Below, piece after piece: positions 59,178 to 64,000 of a stretch of DNA of 64,000 bases. A program made the translations under genes and the position numbers. The stretch lies in the IMG/VR virus record IMGVR_UViG_3300009152_000029, one strand, 5' to 3'. The stretch comes from an uncultured virus (IMG/VR IMGVR_UViG_3300009152_000029). Its lineage: Duplodnaviria > Heunggongvirae > Uroviricota > Caudoviricetes. Below the pieces are notes generated by a model, which was not told the origin of the DNA, made no database searches, and saw only the letters and a program-made list of their open reading frames with translations. The number at the start of each line of letters is the position of its first letter. The first letter of the stretch is position 1.

Positions 59178-59733
59178 TAGTGATGGTAAAACTCGTCTTT
59201 GGCTATATAGTGAATTGGAAACTTTATATCCCGGCGTAGAATTCCAAACTAAAAATGGTGGAGATTGGAACCGCTCTGATGGACAATTAAAAGATTTCAT
59301 TGTTCATAGAGAAAAAGATAAAAATCGCACTATAGGAATTCGTCTTGATGGTTATAGAGAAACATCAATTGAAAAACGTATACGAACTGATATTTTCAAA
59401 TCAATAAGAAAACAAAGATGCCGTGTTGTTGATGTTGGTGGAGAAAATATCGAGTGTGACCATAAAGACGGACGATATAGTTCTGATACTTATAATAGCG
59501 TAGAAAATCAAAATGAAGATGATTTTCAGCCATTATTGAGGAACGTAAATTTATCAAAGAGAACTCATTGTAAGACGTGTGAGGAAACAAATGAAAGATA
59601 CGATGCAAAAAGGCTTGGTTATTCATTTGGATGGATTGTTGGAGAGTCTAATTATGCAGGCACTTGTGTTGGATGCTATTGGTATGACCCTAGGCAATTT
59701 AATAAAGTAATCTCCAAAGATTATAAACCTTGA
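59137..59733 (+). CDS. IceA1/NlaIII-like HNH restriction endonuclease
   Basis: NGGDWNR, IRLDG, IECDHKDGR, DFQPL...N..KR..CK.C, C.GCYWYDP; overlaps the MTase gene. Confidence 0.7.
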   Translation: MTKVQMFLQASQPDSDGKTRLWLYSELETLYPGVEFQTKNGGDWNRSDGQLKDFIVHREKDKNRTIGIRLDGYRETSIEKRIRTDIFKSIRKQRCRVVDVGGENIECDHKDGRYSSDTYNSVENQNEDDFQPLLRNVNLSKRTHCKTCEETNERYDAKRLGYSFGWIVGESNYAGTCVGCYWYDPRQFNKVISKDYKP

Positions 59734-59757
59734 CAATAGTGTTTTCTTAATGTACAC

Positions 59758-59994
59758 TTGTATATGAAACACGTATTATATGAAGTCACAGATGATTTTG
59801 ACATTATCATCAAATTGACTTTTGAAAATTACAGTTATCTCAATGCCTTTATCGAACAACATACTAAAGAAAAAAAGTATGAGCCAAAATTTCTAGTTCT
59901 TGAAATTAATGATGAGGGTGATATTGATTTCATTAGAACATATAATGGAACCAAAGAAGTTTCCAAAAAACTTGTTGTGGACTACATAGATTAA
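59758..59994 (+). CDS. hypothetical protein
   Basis: TTGACA..TACACT promoter upstream. Confidence 0.55.
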   Translation: MYMKHVLYEVTDDFDIIIKLTFENYSYLNAFIEQHTKEKKYEPKFLVLEINDEGDIDFIRTYNGTKEVSKKLVVDYID

Positions 59995-60132
59995 TGATAT
60001 GCTATATTTGTTCAAGGTGATTACAGCATCAAGAACAAACTCAGAATGTGGTGATTCTGGAAAAATGTGAGAAGAGTGGAAATAACATGGTTCGTATGCC
60101 CGTTACATTCTTCTCACATCTTGGGTAATATT

Positions 60133-60390
60133 ATGAACGACATTCTTCTAAAAGTAGATTTTCCAGTAAAACCACAAACCCTTTATCTATATAAGGGTAA
60201 ATATAAGGTTATTAAAGATGAATTTTTAGAAGGAGTGAATGTCATTAGAACTTATAAATGCTCCGAAGGTTATTTCAGTTATACTTCTATATGGCATCCA
60301 GGTTTTCAGTACCATTATGAAATAGAAACCGAAAAATGTAAATCAAGATTCTTTGAGGGCGAATGGTTTGAAATTATTGATGGTGGATAG
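60133..60390 (+). CDS. hypothetical protein
   Basis: ATG start MNDILLK preferred over the GTG inside the upstream hairpin. Confidence 0.5.
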   Translation: MNDILLKVDFPVKPQTLYLYKGKYKVIKDEFLEGVNVIRTYKCSEGYFSYTSIWHPGFQYHYEIETEKCKSRFFEGEWFEIIDGG

Positions 60391-60445
60391 CTTAAATAAA
60401 GCAGAGGAATAAACCTTTGATATGGGTGTAAGTCCCATTCCACCT
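60381..60445 (+). pseudogene. degenerate tRNA-like element
   Basis: GGTGGA/TCCACC acceptor, GCTT/AAGC D-stem, 6-nt anticodon loop, ATGGG-TGTAAGT-CCCAT T-arm. Confidence 0.5.
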
Positions 60446-60449
60446 TTTG

Positions 60450-60522
60450 GGGCGATTAGCTTAATGGTTAAAGCAGGGGACTCATAATCCCTTGAGTGGG
60501 GGTTCGAGTCCCTCATCGCCCA
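60450..60522 (+). tRNA. tRNA with CAT anticodon (Ile2-like; Met not excluded)
   Basis: GGGCGAT/ATCGCCC acceptor, GGGGA-CTCATAA-TCCCT, TTCGAGT T-loop; resembles bacterial ileX. Confidence 0.88.
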
Positions 60523-60638
60523 TTGTTTCTGGTTGGTTGGTGTTTTGCATGTCCTACTCCTCCCCTCATTGAAATATATGAGGGGATTTTTTTTGACACT
60601 GCTATAACTTTATGATATATTGTTTGTAGAGAAATATT

Positions 60639-60830
60639 ATGCCAAACGATACATTAAACTATTTATCAGACAAATCAGAACACGATTTGCTGGTCATTCT
60701 TGAGGGATTTAAACTACTCTTGGCTGATGCAGAATTATTTGATATGCTTGCTGAAAAGTTAGATATATCTGACGATGTTCTTGTTGAAATCCGTGAAGAT
60801 ATTAGCAAGTTTATGGCAGACGAGGTATAA
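60639..60830 (+). CDS. small acidic protein
   Basis: TTGACA promoter upstream. Confidence 0.55.
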   Translation: MPNDTLNYLSDKSEHDLLVILEGFKLLLADAELFDMLAEKLDISDDVLVEIREDISKFMADEV

Positions 60831-60840
60831 TTTACCTATT

Positions 60841-60927
60841 GGAAGAGTGAGCAGAATGGTATTGCAACCGCCTTGAAAGCGGTCTCACCCTTGACGGGGT
60901 GTGCGGGTTCGAATCCTGTCTCTTCCT
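60841..60927 (+). tRNA. tRNA-Ser(UGA)
   Basis: GGAAGAG/CTCTTCC acceptor, ACCGC-CTTGAAA-GCGGT, long variable arm, TTCGAAT. Confidence 0.88.
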
Positions 60928-60951
60928 TATTCCATAAATAAATAAAACACT

Positions 60952-61242
60952 ATGACACTAGAACAAGCAAATAAAATTAGAGACAGAGTGGATGAATTAA
61001 ATAAATTATATCCAATCAAACTGCGTTACCAGATGATTTGCACAAGTCTTAATAATTTTGCTGTCACCATCACTTTTAATTACACTGAAAATGAGTGGAT
61101 GGAATTTTACGGTATCAATCATATTTATGCTCAAGTTATGGATAAGCTTAATGGATATCAGTTTGCCTTGGAAGCAATACAAGCATATCAAGAAGAGTAT
61201 GGCAATTTAAAGTTTTCTCAATCTGACTTGCCTTTGGGGTAG
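60952..61242 (+). CDS. hypothetical protein
   Basis: ORF followed by a terminator. Confidence 0.55.
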   Translation: MTLEQANKIRDRVDELNKLYPIKLRYQMICTSLNNFAVTITFNYTENEWMEFYGINHIYAQVMDKLNGYQFALEAIQAYQEEYGNLKFSQSDLPLG

Positions 61243-61327
61243 GATAAATAATAAAACAGATTGAGTCTCATCCCTTCCAGTTTAGTAGTGTTTTCTGGAA
61301 GGGATTTTTTATTTGCATTTTATTTTC

Positions 61328-61349
61328 AGGCATTGAGTATACAATGCCT
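61328..61349. repeat. palindrome family variant
   Basis: AGGCATTG-agtata-CAATGCCT. Confidence 0.7.
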
Positions 61350-61443
61350 GATTTTATTATTAAAAATATTTGTTTTGGTGTTCCCAATACGTTGACAATG
61401 TATATATTATCCGAGTATACTATCAATGAAAGGAAGCCATACA

Positions 61444-61776
61444 ATGAGTGTAACAGTTGATTCGGATAAGCGTAAGGTTGGCAATCCTGAATGGAATTTT
61501 GTTCTTCCATATAATGAAGCCAGACTTATTGTCAAAAAGTATAAATTCAAATCAATGAGAGAATATACTGAATGGGTGAGAGAAGAGAAGCCATATGGTT
61601 TATCTACCAATCCATATCAAGTATATACTCGTCGTGGTGAGTGGGTTGGTACTGCTCACTATCTTGGTAAAATTGATTCAATTGTCCAAGAAGACCAGAA
61701 CGTCCACGAAGAAAAGCCCGTTAAATTCTGGAAGATTAGTAACATAATCAAACAGATATTCGGTCTTGGTCAATAA
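61444..61776 (+). CDS. phage-integrase-repeat-like domain protein
   Basis: LPYNEARLIV...KSMREYTEW...P.GL.TNP.QVY...EW.G..HYLG; AGGAAGCC leader gives start 61444. Confidence 0.6.
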   Translation: MSVTVDSDKRKVGNPEWNFVLPYNEARLIVKKYKFKSMREYTEWVREEKPYGLSTNPYQVYTRRGEWVGTAHYLGKIDSIVQEDQNVHEEKPVKFWKISNIIKQIFGLGQ

Positions 61777-61829
61777 ACAATTAGGATACACAATGAAGTG
61801 TATCCTAAAATTTTTTGTCAATAAGCTCT

Positions 61830-61851
61830 AGGAATGGTAATTACCATTCCT
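61830..61851. repeat. 22-bp palindrome family member
   Basis: AGGAATGGT-aatt-ACCATTCCT. Confidence 0.8.
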
Positions 61852-61977
61852 GAAATTTTTATGCAAATAAAAAATATATTCTAAAATATATAGCATAGTT
61901 TGTTGACAACATATAGTAGTTAGGTTATACTACTGGTGTAAGAACAACATAGTTAGTTCTTAGTTGAGAGAAGCCAA

Positions 61978-62463
61978 ATGGAAGATATTTACCCGTACAG
62001 TTATGCAAAGTCCTATGCAATGGGCAGTAAGTTCAAGACGATTAAACAGTACTCCGATGCTGTCAAGGCAGAAGGTCTCAGTTTTCACGCTGACCCTAAG
62101 CGTTACTCCGAGTATACCTCAGCCCATGAGTTCTTGGGTTACACCAAAGAGGAATACACCAAAGTCAAGTGTTCCGTAATGGTGTCTAACCGAAACCAAT
62201 CTGCGGTCAATGCTAAGATTAGGGCAACTTGGGCAAAGAACCGGGTATCACGTCAAGAAACGGCTGGTCAACTACCTTTGCCAAAGCCTAGCCAGTTGAA
62301 GGCTTTTACACCTGAAGAGGTTGTTGACATTCTAGTAAAGTCTAATGCAAGCAGTGAATACATTGCGGACTTTATCAAGACGCACAAGGTCAACAGTGAG
62401 TATGCTGTTGCGGTTTTGATTGACTTGTTGAAGCAAAGCCTTCCATCCGCAGTCACAGTCTAA
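61978..62463 (+). CDS. hypothetical protein, N-terminus weakly like the integrase-repeat unit
   Basis: YSYAKSYA...KTIKQY...DPKRY..Y...EFLG; GAAGCCAA leader. Confidence 0.55.
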   Translation: MEDIYPYSYAKSYAMGSKFKTIKQYSDAVKAEGLSFHADPKRYSEYTSAHEFLGYTKEEYTKVKCSVMVSNRNQSAVNAKIRATWAKNRVSRQETAGQLPLPKPSQLKAFTPEEVVDILVKSNASSEYIADFIKTHKVNSEYAVAVLIDLLKQSLPSAVTV

Positions 62464-62518
62464 CCTGACTATCTCCCCTCCAGAAGTGGAGGGGAGAATA
62501 ATCTTGACAAAATACTTA

Positions 62519-62539
62519 AGGCATTGTAGTACAATGCCT
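62519..62539. repeat. palindrome family variant
   Basis: AGGCATTGT-agt-ACAATGCCT. Confidence 0.7.
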
Positions 62540-62612
62540 ATTGACAATTGTCAAATTTTTTCATAAAATACTTATGCATGAAAATGCAAAATAAAGTTTC
62601 AAGGTAAATGAA

Positions 62613-62813
62613 TTGAAGAAAATTCACCTCTCTAATTTCCGTAAGAAGTTTGATGACAAGTCTTACCAGGCTGTCAAGGATGCTATTGGTAAGAATGCTT
62701 TTTTAGCTAATGAAATCAATATCAATAAGATTATTGATAGTATTACAGACCCAGTCATTAAGAAGAATTTTGTCAAGTGGTCTGATGGTTATGATTTTGC
62801 AATTCTTAATTAA
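62613..62813 (+). CDS. hypothetical protein
   Basis: TTG start with AAGG RBS. Confidence 0.5.
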   Translation: MKKIHLSNFRKKFDDKSYQAVKDAIGKNAFLANEININKIIDSITDPVIKKNFVKWSDGYDFAILN

Positions 62814-63034
62814 AAAGGTTTACTCTTAACATTTTTAGTAATAAGAAACTAGTTTGGTTCTCACGGAGTAAAAAAAGAAAAATTTCTGTTTTTACCATCC
62901 AGATGTTGATAGGTATATTGCCCTTAAGTCAATAATCTAGCAGGCCAACAAATATCCCTCTTTTCAGTAAGAGGGATATTTTTATTTGACAACTCCCAAT
63001 ATATGCGTTATTATATACACATAAGGAGAGCGAT

Positions 63035-63382
63035 ATGGGACTTGATAACCTTTGGAAAAAAAATGACAACGAAGACGCTATGGTAGAAGGCGATTTTTGC
63101 ATCTGTGGCGGTCTATGTTCTGACAATGGAAACTCTTCATTTCGTGGTAAAGTTTATGCTCGTTTTGTAGAAGATGTCACTGGTGTTTGTTTGTATGGCG
63201 ACCCAAAAACTTCCAAAATTTCAAACGAAACTGTAAAGCAGATGGCAACTGACTTGGAAGAAACTGAATGGCGAGATTCTTACATCCAAAACTATGATAT
63301 TGAAGAGCAAGAGTTTAAAGACCTTGCTAGGATGTTTAGACTTCACGCTGATGCTGGTCATTACTTGGTTGCTTTTTATTAA
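63035..63382 (+). CDS. hypothetical phage protein
   Basis: MGLDN start; AAGGAG RBS; TTGACA promoter. Confidence 0.7.
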   Translation: MGLDNLWKKNDNEDAMVEGDFCICGGLCSDNGNSSFRGKVYARFVEDVTGVCLYGDPKTSKISNETVKQMATDLEETEWRDSYIQNYDIEEQEFKDLARMFRLHADAGHYLVAFY

Positions 63383-63636
63383 TGACTATCAATCTACGTA
63401 AAAACATAGCACGGTTTATCTACATTATTGACCAAACAACAAATGTAGAAAGCCGTGCAAAAATTCTCAAAGAACTAGACCTAACTGAAAATGAATTTCA
63501 GGAGCTGGTAGTGAATCTATTGAAATTTAGTAATTCTAATAATAGGGAATTTTATTGCTGCAATCCTGAATATCATGGATTTATTGAAACATTCAAAATT
63601 ATTTCAGAAAAAACAAATACAGAGTTCTTAATCTAA
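63382..63636 (+). CDS. hypothetical protein
   Basis: TAATG-coupled. Confidence 0.55.
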   Translation: MTINLRKNIARFIYIIDQTTNVESRAKILKELDLTENEFQELVVNLLKFSNSNNREFYCCNPEYHGFIETFKIISEKTNTEFLI

Positions 63637-63748
63637 GTGCATCTGCGTTGAATATTATGTATAATATTATCAGACCTTAGTCAAATAAGGCAATAAAAAA
63701 CAGGCAAGACCCCTCCACTTGCCTGTTTTTTATTTAACAATTATCTTA

Positions 63749-63770
63749 AGGTGTGGTAAAGACCACACCT
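63749..63770. repeat. 22-bp palindrome family member
   Basis: AGGTGTGGT-aaag-ACCACACCT. Confidence 0.8.
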
Positions 63771-63920
63771 TTATAAATTTGTCAAAATATTTTTTTCAGC
63801 TCTAAAATAGGTAACTTTTTTTGTTACATATCTCCCGATTTCTATTGCACACTTTTAAAGTATGCCTTATACTATCTTTGTCAGTAAGGAAAAGCCCTTA
63901 ACTGTTGTTTGGAGAAGACA

Positions 63921-64000
63921 ATGTTTGAAGACCTTACACCCTTGAACGAGATTCGTTCAGTGGAACCAACCGTTTCATTCACCCGTAACCAGAACTCTGG
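63921..64000 (+). CDS. hypothetical protein (partial)
   Basis: GGAG RBS, then ATG; open to the window end. Confidence 0.45.
   Translation, partial: MFEDLTPLNEIRSVEPTVSFTRNQNS

Noticed and set aside
3294..63126. Numerous 60-150 aa antisense or alternate-frame ORFs in the ORF track
   Set aside because: They overlap better-supported genes and lack RBS or motifs.
52768..63770. CRISPR array interpretation of the palindromes
   Set aside because: Copies are hundreds to thousands of bases apart, non-identical and separated by genes; no cas genes in the window.
1..64000. Stop-codon reassignment (code 15 or 4), as in some huge phages
   Set aside because: Known genes are full length under code 11, TAG and TGA end genes at sensible positions, and no suppressor tRNA was seen.

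Overview
This is an AT-rich, gene-dense segment of what is most likely a very large (jumbo/huge) tailed bacteriophage genome using standard code 11. About 1-13 kb holds late/virion-associated genes and a ~750-nt structured ncRNA (GOLLD-like). About 13-40 kb holds host-like auxiliary genes: two sigma factors, DinB, GroEL, RuvB, ThyX-like, NusG, Hsp20, ClpP, GuaC-like, Dam plus a nuclease, and glycosyltransferases. About 40.8-42 kb is a non-coding origin/pac-like locus inside a cloud of strand-polarised TT(C/A)GAG hexamers. About 45-64 kb is an almost GATC-free, all plus-strand 'early' region with small ORFs, DUF932, rIIA/rIIB, an MTase plus IceA/NlaIII-like nuclease pair, four tRNAs, extra structured RNAs and a family of covarying 22-bp palindromes. 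The most striking unexplained system is a set of at least 16 otherwise unrelated proteins that share one of two short N-terminal tags (a helical 'IANxLDxxGxxxxxDxLxKxA' tag, or 'MWY[RK]x[AS]'). Many of them lie behind an exactly spaced A(A/G)G-N18-AGAA(T) promoter, which suggests a capsid-targeting/cargo-loading system. All family calls are from motif recognition by eye and all motif counts are manual; no searches were run.
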